Program-made: the position numbers and the translations under genes | Part shown: positions 1 to 11,929 of the stretch, piece after piece | How the letters are laid out: each line of letters starts with the position of its first letter | How positions within the stretch are numbered: the stretch's first letter is position 1 | Assembly (NCBI GenBank): GCA_012295275.1 | Contig: CM022675.1 | Coordinates: 14,942,001 to 15,006,000, forward strand | Length of the DNA: 64,000 nt | Direction of reading: 5' to 3' | DNA from: Chrysomallon squamiferum | Lineage: Eukaryota > Animalia > Mollusca | Notes under the pieces: model-generated | Told to the model about the DNA's origin: nothing | The model's input: only the letters and a program-made list of their open reading frames with translations | Database searches by the model: none

Positions 1-3000
1 CAATTTTCCGCTTCCCTTACTTCATTACTGCAAGGAAAATGTTCTGATTTACAACCATTATGTACAATTCTTTTTTTATGCCGTCGTACAATTTAAATAT
101 TATTCTGAAACATTTTCCATTAATATCAATTCGATAAAAGCACTGTACATATTTTTCCTCTTTCTTTTTAGTAATCCAAACAAAAATTAGTATACAAAAT
201 GTTACTGCTGCAGAGTAACGTTGTCGAAATCAAGACTGATTTTATCCCCATTAATTCAACTTGATCAGTCTATTATTAATTATAGATGTAAATAATTTCC
301 CTAAACAACTTTATAATAGATCGGTAATTTCTCGGATCGAGTTGGTTACCTTTCTTCTTATATATAGGTACTATATTTCCTTCCTCCGAACCTGTAGGAA
401 TTATTCCTGTATGAAATATAATGCAAAATTAAATAATTTAACATAAATAGGTAAGAAAATATCACATGTAGAAATAATATATTCATTAATAATCTTTTCA
501 TTCCCAGGCGCTTTGTTATTCTTCGTATTTAATATACATCATTTTATTGCGTCACCTGTAGCTCGACTATTAAGTGGATTATTTGTACAGTCCATGTTAG
601 ATATAATTTTTAAATATATTTTATAATTATTATTACAAGATCCGAACTGCAAAATTTAATATCAAACAATATTAATTTATTGTTTTAAACTGATGATAAC
701 GATAAAGATGATGACGATAATAACAACAGTAGCAGCAGTATAGTAGTAGTAATAGTAGTAATAGAAGTAGTAGTAGTAGTAGTAGTAGTAATAGTTGTAG
801 TACTTGTAATAGTAGTAGCAGCGGTAGCAACAGTAGCTATATTTCGGTATTTAAAGTTGCTTACTTTTTAAGGGTTTTTGAACGTAGCAGGCACGATACT
901 CATATTATAATTTTGTTTTATCTCGTATGTATGCGATTTAGTAAATAATATTGAGTCGCTAAATTAAACAGATGAAAATTGCTGTACCGTCTCACATTAA
1001 GAATTGTTTATGAGCTGGCGTCACGTTTAAGATGTGAAACACTCTGTTATCTGTAATATAGTGACACTGAGAAATAACAACTTAGCTAAATTAGGACAGA
1101 TATTCTGCAATCTGCGAGTCAATGTGGCGATCACAGCTCGTCACTCATGCACTGAGCACAGGCGTCGTGTCAGCTGTAGCCATTTTATAAAATTTACACC
1201 AGAGAATGGAGGAAAATTAATCAAGAAAATGTACACGATGGCACGGTCTGTGTAAAATCCCTTCGCAGTAGAGCTCGCGTTAACATGAGAAAATCAAGAA
1301 ATCGCGATCTGACAAGAACTAAATAAGCTAACGCTGTATTATAAAGCATTAAAATTAAAATTATTATTATTAATATTATTATTATTACTGCTAATGTTGT
1401 TGCTGTTACTACTAGTACAAAAAACTATTAGTATTAATACTACAGCTACAACTACTACTACTACTGCTACCAATAATATAACAAGAAATTCAATTCTGAA
1501 GTTTTAAAAATATGTTTTCGTTAAAACATTGTATTACATTAGTTTATTTAGTTTTCATGGTCTAAAGACTAATCACATTTTTGTTAAATTAACAATAGCC
1601 TTAACATGTTTTAATACTATTATTTCTTTACTACTCCAACTTTTAATACTGATACCACTTCTACTACAACTAGTTCTGCTATCAGTCAAACCGTTAGTGT
1701 TATCACTGTTATAAATATTGTATTTTTATTATTTTAAGTGTTATTGCATTTAATGTAACTATGTTACTACTAACTCTCCTACTACTATTACTGCTACTAA
1801 TTTTTTATCGTTATTACTGTTATTATTATTATTATCAGTACAATTTACTATTTTAAATTAACTTCTTATTAATTATATTACAAAAAAAATTCTTCTTCAT
1901 TGCAGAATTGAATGGTTAAATGTAGTAGAATATCAGTAATGTGCGCCTAAAAAAAAAAGAAAAAAAAAAGAACACATTGATATCTAAATCGGTAGCTGTC
2001 GGTTACCAGTTCTTCAAATATATTGCCTTTTCCTTGTGCATCAACAAATTAGATTATTGCATTTTCTTAAATGGCAAAACCTTATCAATCAAAGATCCAA
2101 ATGACCACTCCCTGGGCAATTGAGACATTTTTATGGTTACATTTCTGATAAAATATCTGCTTGATTTCACTGTGAAAACTCGAGAGATAAACTCGACATC
2201 CCATATCCAATATCTATATAATGACTGGAAGACGTTCGGCTGTGTCTAATACATTCACGCTCTACGGAGTGGATTACACTGTGTAAACTTCAATAAATTA
2301 CTGATTCTCCATTTACCCGCTCAGTGTGCTTAATTCAGTTATAATTACTACGAAATATTAATTTTAGATTATTCAAAATAAAGGCTTTTTTCGTTTTAAA
2401 TTCAGCGTTTATATTTATCATTCATTTAATCATGTTTAAACATTTAATCATATTTATTTATTTATTTGTGTATTTAATACTTTTTTCTTCATTTTTTGTT
2501 TTATTATATTATGTTATTACCGTCACCATTATTATTGATTATAATTACTTAATTAATTTGTTTTCTTATTTACTAATAATTAACATGTACTGTTGACGAT
2601 CTTTAAAGATTCACATATTTCGTATTTAGTAAAAACAATTAGCTAAACGACAAATTAGGCGGCCCATTAGGCACACTGATGTCTGAAAGGTTAACACACA
2701 AATATTCGTGATAAACACAGAGGAGAAAGACAGTTTGCTAAACTCCTGGGAGGAAACGGCCGCGTGAAGTTAATTTAATGAAATGACACGATTTTCTGGC
2801 TCATTTAACGCAATCTTTCAGTCTAACTGATCAAATCTGAGAGTTTGTCTCTTAGTCAACTGGTCAGTAGGGGATAACTCTAGTGTACTTTTCACAAAAC
2901 TTGTTTACCTGCTGGAGTCATGTCTGTAGTCACAGGCGTGTGATCTGTTACTTATCTTTATTTAACAAACAAAATAAAAATATAATAAACAATAAGTAAA

Positions 3001-3003
3001 TAT

Positions 3004-3005
<2 letters not shown>

Positions 3006-3089
<84 letters not shown>
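3006..3089. repeat. (CT)n microsatellite
   Basis: Perfect dinucleotide run. Confidence 0.97.
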
Positions 3090-3092
<3 letters not shown>

Positions 3093-3708
3093 CTGCTAAA
3101 CGAAAAGGCGACCGCGCACTAAGGTCAAACGAGATTAATATACTGAGACAAACAATGAGACAAACATAATCTTTGCCATTCTGAAGGAAATTCATCGCAA
3201 AAATAAATAAATAAATAAAAAAATTTTATCTCAGATTTCAAATTTATTATTCAATATTATGTGCTTATTATTTTCCGCATTATCATTATCATTCTTGTTG
3301 TCGTCATTATTCTCATTATTATCATTATCATTGTGTATGTTGTTATAAATATCAGCTCCGAATATTCTGAGTTAGTTAACACTAACTTTAAAAATATTTA
3401 TTAGTACAAATATAATTAGTAAATGGTTAAATTGTTTTTAGATTCCAGTTGCTTTAATGTTGATTTTTATTCTCTAACATATGTGTACGTATATTCATTA
3501 GCATGCACTTAAATTATACATGGACTAATCTGGCTAACTGATAATTGAAAATATTAATAAACATTTGGAACAGTTATTTAAATTATATAGAAATAGTTTT
3601 TTTTTTTTAATTTTTGTTCTTTTATATTTTCTGTAATGGGGACGTGTTTTGAAATGCAATATTTTTGGAATGTACGCTAGATGCAAATTTTTATATAAAA
3701 AAAGCAAT

Positions 3709-3747
<39 letters not shown>

Positions 3748-3785
3748 AGAATAAGAAGAAAGATACAAAAAAAAGAAAGAAGTAG

Positions 3786-3870
3786 GAGCCTTCACTGGTC
3801 GGATTCGACCCTGCAGTGTTCGGCTCGTGAAGTAGAAAATGCGTTGAAGTAAACAGGCTATTATGAAGCG
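3786..3870 (-). mobile_element. Possible decayed tRNA-derived SINE head
   Basis: Minus strand has B-box-like GGGTCGAATCC and A-box-like TAGCCTGTTT at tRNA-like spacing; stems do not fold cleanly. Confidence 0.3.
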
Positions 3871-4829
3871 ATAGTTAGATGTTGGAGATGTGACAAATTT
3901 CTATTAACAGAGAGGTCTCTCTTATAAACTGCCAATGATTAATGACCTCCACTCTTCGGCTCTTTGCTGGAAAACATGGACGGTGTTGTATTTGCTAGCA
4001 GAATGTTCCATTAGTTAAGTAGTTAATTCGTTCTGTCAGTGTTACGACAAGTGGGCAAACAAACAAATTGCGTCTGTGCGTCTTGAGATGGGAGAGTAAA
4101 CCCGTAACAGCGAGTTAGGTGATCGCCTCGCTTTGATTAATGTTAATTTCTTTTTGACGGGTTCTTATAAATCTTGGAATGGTCCTGGAAACGAACTCGG
4201 ACACACGTCCAGTCTGCTTTTAATTAACTTGAATGGAAATGGTATTCATTTTATTTTCCTGGGCGAACGCGTTACACGTCATTAACTGATTAGTATTTTT
4301 AGATATTAGTTTCCTTTACCCCGTTTCAATTCTTCACGTTTCATCATCAAATTGAAGAATTATAATTTTCTGTAAACATCGATTATTTGTCTTCTTTTAA
4401 ATTAAAACAATTATCATATTGCTTTCCAAATTAAGATTTTAATCTTTCCATCTGTATTAATTAATTCTTGATTAAAATTTTAACAACGGCTTTGTTTTTA
4501 TTTAAAATACTAACTTCATTTCTATAGTGTTTTTCATATATTACTATTTTCGAATCATACATATTAGTATTTGTACATCCGTCAGTCTGACAGTCTGTTA
4601 ATCCATGTTTCCATTAAAACATTTACAAATAAAGTGAAATAGAGATAACATTTGTTTTATTCATTACTATAATATGAGTATACACTAACAGTATAAAAAT
4701 TACTACTTTCATTACACAAAACAAAACACTTTTCTTTTCTGTGTAGATGTTAGTAGGTACACTTCAGACATTTATATTTTATCATTTAGAACTGACCAAC
4801 GCTTCAATTAACACTGATTTGTAGACCTA

Positions 4830-5188
4830 TTCCTACTGCAACAACAGCAACAACAGCAGCAGCACTGGCAACAACATCTGCTACTACTACAGATACTTCT
4901 GCTGATATTACTGTTACTTCTACTATTAATACCATTAAAACCACTACCAGTACTAATACTAGTATTAAATACCTATTACTACTTCTACTACTACTACTAC
5001 CACTACTACTACTACTACCGATGTTGCTGCTATTGCTGTTGCTGCTACCTTTACATATATAACTTTTTCTGATACAGCCATAACTATTAATAGCTGTTAC
5101 TACTATTACTGCTATCACCATAATATTATAACCGTTGCTTTTACAAATGTGACTTTTACTACCACAAGCATTACTACTACTACTATTT

Positions 5189-5256
<68 letters not shown>

Positions 5257-5440
5257 ACTACTATTAATATTACTGTTACTATTATTACTGGTACATAAAA
5301 TTTACTTCTGTTACTAAACCCATTCCTGTCGCAACCATTCCTGCTACTGCTATTACCATGTATAACCAGAACTGCTATTTCCATTATTACTATTACTGTA
5401 ATTAATACTGCAGCTACTGCTGCAACCTTTAGAACCACTA
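4830..5440. repeat. Degenerate (ACT/GCT/ATT)n trinucleotide low-complexity tract
   Basis: Period-3 tract that produces the spurious Val/Ser-rich ORFs at 4804-5438. Confidence 0.88.
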
Positions 5441-6234
5441 CGGATGTTTTTAGTTTTATTACTATAATAAATCATTATTATTTGACTATTGAACTAAATA
5501 AGACTGGTATGGAAACGACAGTCATGGAGAATATCTGGACAAAGGAAAAAGTTGATTACAGTTGAAGTAAAATAATATACTGTATTTCTAACCATTATTG
5601 TAACCTTGGATGGACACAATAAAAACCATGCTTAAACCTAAAGCAGCAAAACTAAGAGAACTGAGGATATATTATTAACGATATAATGCCTCCATTCTGT
5701 CCAGCGATAACGTGAATATATTTTGTGATCGGCCAGAGGACTTGCATTACGTCAAATTATATGTGTTAGTAAATCACGGGAAAAAAACTTTTTAAAATTT
5801 CTATTCTGTGTCTGCTACGTACAGTTTTATAATCAGAAAGAACTGAATCAATAAATCACAAACAAAATAACACTAATAATAATTCTGCCGACTTTTCCAG
5901 TTTCGAACGAATACTATAGAGACGAATACTGTCTAGCACTCTCTAGTCATGTGAATAACTGGAAAAATGCATTGTTTTATGATTTTGATTAGAGGTTGAC
6001 AGCAAGCACATTATTTTAAACTGGTATACAAATTACACTGTCATGGACATGAGAAATCACCCTACACAACAACATGAACAGAAAAGAGATAACAAACCAA
6101 CGTAAGCAGAGGTCCGAGACTCGAGAAACAGGCTGCAAGTAGCCGTAAAATAAACACAAAAATAAAACAAAATGTTTAATAATTTTGTCACTTATGGCAT
6201 AAGTGTACATAAAATATTTTGTTAAAGACACTGT

Positions 6235-6240
6235 TTTATT
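6235..6240 (-). terminator. Candidate distal poly(A) signal of Mnx
   Basis: AATAAA on the minus strand ~1.06 kb after the stop, with a T/GT-rich tract downstream. Confidence 0.3.
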
Positions 6241-6653
6241 AGAAACAGAACATCGATGTATACATGTAGATGTTTAATTGTATGGGTGTGACAATGGCGT
6301 GGTTATATTGTATTGTCTTATTTCGCATTTAGAAAACCTCGCAGTGACTTCTCCCTATTTTTCTAGCCTATCGTGAATCCTGGCATTGGTATAATGATAG
6401 TGGCCACAGTAATAAAAGTCATTTTTTTAAACAGAAACACTTCATTTTTACTATTAATGCATTATAATTTATACATTTTATGATGTATGTTTTTATCAGC
6501 GTATGTACGCATGTGTGCAAATCCTTCTTTACATTACTGAATAATAACAGCAAAATGTGCATTTAGGGAAATTTAAAAAAAAAAAAATTAAATAAATAAA
6601 TAAATAAATATACATACTGTTATACGTAAATTGAAGAAGAAGACTAAGAAGAA

Positions 6654-6707
<54 letters not shown>

Positions 6708-6954
6708 TAAAAAATAATTTAATAAAATCCCGGATATACATATATATATAATTAATGAAATCACACATAATGTAAATAATGGAAAGTTCTGATTTAATTT
6801 CTCTTTCATTTATTTGTCTACAAAAGACATACAAGTTATTTAAAATATGTATACACATATGCAAAGATCTGTATGTAACATAATAATAATTACTAACAGA
6901 AAATAAAAAACAACACGTCTTTTGGAAACAGAAATTACTGAGCACGAGTTTCTT

Positions 6955-6960
6955 TTTATT
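6955..6960 (-). terminator. Candidate proximal poly(A) signal of Mnx
   Basis: AATAAA on the minus strand ~345 nt after the stop, followed by a GT/T-rich tract (GTGTTGTTTTTT). Confidence 0.35.
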
Positions 6961-7302
6961 ACCATAAATTTCTTCAGTTTATTCTATATATAAAAAAGTA
7001 TTTTTAGTTTAACAACATTAAGTGGATGACTGTTGAAACGCAAAATTTAATGTGTATCATTTCATTAAATGGCATAAAATATATAATTTTTGTATTTGGA
7101 TTATTTCTACTGGCTTACTGACCGCAGCACGGAGTGGGTATGAAGTAAACACGCAATTCCAGTCACACACAGCTTCCATAAATAGTTCACTTTTTCTTCT
7201 AACTGCACCCGTTTGTCATCTCAGACAAAACGGATACTTTTTACAGTCAAAAACATTTAATTTCACTATTATAATTATTTTTTCTCAGTGCTGTTTTGTG
7301 CG

Positions 7303-7668
7303 TCACGCGTGCGCTGCTTGAACTATATTGCAGTGGCCAGCAGAATGTAACTGAACGGACTGCACAATGTCCGTTTCTGACGAGCTGTGAGACAAGTTCA
7401 TCAAATGACTCTCTGGGTGTTCTGATTTGTTTTTTTCTGATTCGTTGAAATCGAGAGCTGTGACGTCAATGTTTTCGTTAGTGATTTCGTCATCTGGAGA
7501 ATCAAATGTAAAGTTTTTCTCGGGTTCCAATTTTTTACACACATTTTCATTTTTGTCCCTCGTCGTTCCAAGAACATTCGAACTTTCTCCCTCTTTCGGT
7601 TTCACTTCCAGCGAGGCCTTTTTACTTCTCTTCCACTTCATTCGTCGATTTTGAAACCAGATTTTCAC
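7303..7668 (-). CDS. Mnx: Mnx homeobox gene, coding exon 3 (helix 3 and acidic C-terminus)
   Basis: Acceptor ATTATTCAG|GTG, phase 0. Encodes VKIWFQNRRMKWKRSKKA (Mnx-type) followed by an acidic tail to TGA at 7305-7303. The intron lies between homeodomain codons 44 and 45, a common ANTP-class position. Confidence 0.96.
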   Translation of the reverse strand: MKIWFQNRRMKWKRSKKASLEVKPKEGESSNVLGTTRDKNENVCKKLEPEKNFTFDSPDDEITNENIDVTALDFNESEKNKSEHPESHLMNLSHSSSETDIVQSVQLHSAGHCNIVQAAHA

Positions 7669-10425
7669 CTGAATAATAATAAAAAAACAAATAATTAAAA
7701 AAATAAAATGAAAATGCTCTCGATAATTCATCAAAAGGAAAAAAAAAAAAAAAAAAAAAAAAAGAATGTTGATATGGATGTGTACATATTTGTTTATATG
7801 TGTATATATGTTTTTCATGTGTAAGTAACGTAAATAACTCAAATATCTCAACCTATACTCGACGCAATAAGATTTAAAAATGTAATAGCTCACTAGCCTA
7901 TAACACCAGCATGCTTCTCTCAGAACTGTCCCTACTGCTAGATACAGCCTATCATTTCACCACAGAATTCTGTCCCAGTCTCCCCGACATATCTGTCTGA
8001 TAAAAACATTCTGTTTGTCGGCTTCTAATCCATTTCTCGTCATTATACAAGCAGCTGATTGTTAGGTTTTATAATGGGAATTAATCTCGTTAACGCCGGA
8101 ATTACTCTTCATCAGACTGATAAAGCAGAACCGAACTCTTTTGAAAGTTATCGCTAATTTTAACAGACGTGTGCATCGCCTGCGCCGGCAGATTAGTGGG
8201 CGAGCGAGTTCACCTGACTACAAGTACAGGTGTTAATATTGTTACAAAGTGGGATTAGTACTCTGTTGATAGGTGCTTATCAAAGGAAATTAAGTTTCAA
8301 AACAGTGGCTGTTGTCAGTCACAATCTAGATATCTTATCTCAAATATCCATTTGTCGGCTACTTGCTGTATAGATAGAAAATTACACATTTTGTTTTTCA
8401 CAAATCCTCTCAGCACACTTTTATAACAAATTATTAAAGGTTTCTAAAATACCAAACAAATATATAATAATTATTTTCATTGTTTATATCAGGTTTTTTT
8501 TTATTTTGACTAATTATAGGGTGAAACACACTGCAGACAGTAAAATTATGTTGCACTGAGATACTGATGTATAAAAAAATATTATTAATTTGCATAATAT
8601 GTCACAAATATATATATATATATATATACTATTTATACTAGGACCAACACGATCACCACCAACAAGAACAACAACAACAAAAAAAAAACACAAAAAAAGA
8701 ACAACAAAACATCCCCCAAATAGTCACACACATTTAACAGAACTGTATTTCTCCTCCACTGCTATCAGTGTAGAAAATACAATATAAAGGAAAAGAAGGG
8801 AGTTAACTGCTACATGGCAGCCACCAGGTTCAGTCAGACGTGTGTACTTGATGTGAGCCGAACTCAGGTTTATACTCGTCAACGTTCATTTATTTCAACA
8901 TCATCGGGCTGAATTTATATTAACATCATCGAGCTGAATTTATATTAGCATCACTGGGTTGAAATTATTTATACCAAACTGGACTGAATTTAGAATTTTA
9001 ACATAGCTAGGATGAAATCCATACAGTTTCTGAAAATGATGACTAATGATGACATATGTTGTTGTTGTTTTTTTTTTTTTTTTTTTTTTTACCTTTCTTT
9101 AAAAAAAAAGAGTAAAAAAAAGATGAGTAACTAGTGGTAGTAGTAGTAGTAGTAGTAGTAATAATAATAATAATAATAATAGTAGTAGTAGTAGTAGTAA
9201 TAATAATAATAATAATAGTGGTAGTAGTAGTAGTAGTAATAATAATAATAATAGTAGTAGTAGTAGTAATAATAATAATAATAGTAACAAGCAAAACTAG
9301 TTGATAACAAATATTATCTAGTGAAGAAAACTGGTTTTACAGTAAAATCTTCGTCAGTGAGAAACCTAACACTACAGCTCTGAGCAATGTGAAAAATTAA
9401 TTTAACTTCAGTAAATACTGCCACGTCTCAAGAACGCCTTATGCAATTAGTATTCCCATTTCCATTGTGTTAAATGGAGACGTACAAAAGAACGCGCAAC
9501 TGAAATTGTGTTTGTATTTAACATTACACGTGAGTAATGTCGTTCAGATGACTAATTTCTTTTCAGCTTTCCAAAGAACGTCATACCGAGAGATCCAATC
9601 AGCTAAACACAATTTTAACTTGATTTCTGACATCATGTATAAATTATACTACAGAAATAGACATTTCTCTGTCTGTCTGTCTCTATTTTCATTTTATTTA
9701 TATGTAGCTTGGACATGTTAGTTTAGAAAATGTAGTCTAAACTAAAAATGCATTTCGGAAGATATTTTTATATATTTAAATTAGGTTAAATTAATATTAA
9801 TTATATTATTTCACTCCGTTTTATCATTTCATTTATCGTCGAATTCAATATGTTTGTACATTAATTTGAAAAAACGATTTCTTACATTACATGTATAATT
9901 TTCTACTGTTTCTCATTAACTGTTAATTATCATTATTGTTTTGAACTGAAAAATATATTCTAAAAGTTTTGTTAATAAACTCACCAGTCGTGTCCTCCAC
10001 CACAAAAAAAAAAAAAAAATAAATAAATAAATAAATAAATCAAATAAATAAATAAAAGTAGAAAAAAAAAAAAAAAAAAAAAAAAATATCAATCAGTAAT
10101 AAACAAAAATAATAATTAAAAAAAAACAAGAACAGAAAGGAAAAGAAGTAATTCACAAACTTTGTCACAATTTTATCTCAGAAAATTTCACTTTTTGAAT
10201 TTTGCATTCTCTATTTTCAGGTCTTGAAGAGAAAACAAAATTAGTTTTTGTATTTTAGTATTTATTTCATATTCTTTATAAACTTTTAAAATTTGTTTGT
10301 TTCAGTTCTATTATTTTTAAATTTTGTTTATCTTTTTTTTATTTAGTTTTTTACATGGCGCACCTTTTAGTGTTAATATAGAGTTTTGTACAGTTTTATT
10401 ATTATTTGTTTATTATTAATATTAA

Positions 10426-10489
<64 letters not shown>

Positions 10490-11464
10490 TTATTTATTTT
10501 TTATTGTGGTTGTTATTGTAGGTAATTATTTTAACAGGTATAATCTGATAAAAGAGACAAATGATATAAATATTTGTATTATGTTAATTGTAGTGCTGTT
10601 TGGAATGGAAACTATTTTTTTCGATCAAAACTATCATACAGGACAATAGTCCATTCAGAGAAAAAAAATAGTAATAATAATTTAAAACAAATGTGTTTAA
10701 ACAGAAATTACTAAAACCTGGTCACCAAAGTAGTCAGTGATAATTTAAGGTGAAAACAAACGTTTCTATTGTTTTAAATTTCCGTGTATCTGTTTTCCCG
10801 TGCAATGTTTGTCGGGTAAATTCGCTGGTCATCGAGACGTGACTCTATATTAGCTTGCGCGTGCGCGGCTGAAGCTCGTTCAGACATCATTTACACTCGT
10901 TTATTTCCCTATTATCCTGACGAGTGCGTATTTGATCCATAAACTGAGAAAAACACCAAAGTTTCATTGTTCTCGTCAAATGTAACGAGGGACAGCTAAA
11001 GTTTATTTAAGTGTTGAGTTGATACAGACGACACAAAGTTAAAGGTTTGATAAATAGTATCAATGAACTTCAGGCACGTTCAGGAAACTAAACACATCAT
11101 CTAAGGGAGATAACTTCATCTTCGTCTTCTATATAAAATACACAAATATCCTCTTTGTATTTTCCATCATTATGAGCAAATTACATGGATGAAAATGTAT
11201 TATCGGCTTGTTTTGTTACTTATTTATATACAAAACAACATTAATGAATTCGATATTCTCAAATTAATAGTGGCTGAAACAGAATCATATAGGCCCTCCC
11301 AACGCACGCACGCACGCACACACACACAAACACACAAACACATATTTAAATAAGCAGAGGACCTTATATTTTTGTTTCAATGCAGGATTAGTTTGGCAAT
11401 AAAACCGTATCCTAATTGTGTGTGTGTGTGTGTGTGTGTGTGGTATATATTTTTATTTATTAAC
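7669..11464 (-). other. Mnx intron 2 (3,796 bp, phase 0)
   Basis: GT..AG boundaries join LTETQ|VKIWFQ in frame. Confidence 0.93.
8897..9018. repeat. Degenerate 25-bp minisatellite, ~5 copies
   Basis: AACATCATCGGGCTGAATTTATATT at 8897, then progressively diverged copies at 8922, 8947, ~8973 and ~9000. Confidence 0.7.
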
Positions 11465-11625
11465 CTGTGTTTCGGTTAGCATCAGTGATGTTGCTACTTC
11501 AAATCTCTTCGGTCTGGACAGATATTTATTCATTTTAAATTGACGTTCTAACTCCAGTAGTTGCTGTGACGTGAACGCCGTTCTTGGCCTCCGAGTTTTG
11601 CCGAGCGCACCAGCCTGGCTCCCAC
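11465..11625 (-). CDS. Mnx: Mnx homeobox gene, coding exon 2 (homeodomain residues 1-44)
   Basis: Acceptor TTTACTTTTTCAG|GT (phase 1, compatible with exon 1). Encodes [54 protein letters not shown], the diagnostic Mnx/HB9 homeodomain. Donor CAG|GTTAAT, phase 0; 161 nt. Confidence 0.97.
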
Positions 11626-11652
11626 CTGAAAAAGTAAATATCATTAATATTA

Positions 11653-11700
<48 letters not shown>

Positions 11701-11768
11701 CAATAATAATAATAATAATAATAACAATAATACACCTATATAAACAAATATATTAAATAATAATAATA

Positions 11769-11811
<43 letters not shown>

Positions 11812-11929
11812 AACGGTCATAAGGAAATAAATAAAAAAGAGGTATTTGTAATTTGTTGTTTGAATTTAGAAATTATTAAAAGGTCATGACAAACAAAGTA
11901 ACGGTATTTCAAATAAATGTGTTGTAAAT

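Noticed and set aside
3347-3371. AAATATCAGCT... resembling the 5' end of miR-283/216-family microRNAs
   Set aside because: The middle diverges and no complementary arm is present to form a precursor hairpin.
3818-3830. GTTCGGCTCGTGA resembling the 3' half of miR-375
   Set aside because: The seed is absent and there is no hairpin; better explained as part of a tRNA-like relic.
3786-3870. Functional tRNA gene
   Set aside because: T-stem and D-arm do not pair; at most a decayed SINE or pseudogene.
7669-7893. N-terminal part of the 196-aa ORF 7303-7893
   Set aside because: Intronic read-through (poly-T, Phe-rich) upstream of the AG acceptor at 7670-7669.
8818-8835. Second CTCF site (GCCACCAGGTTCAG) convergent with 35610
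   Set aside because: The 3' half lacks the GGC core; too weak to call.
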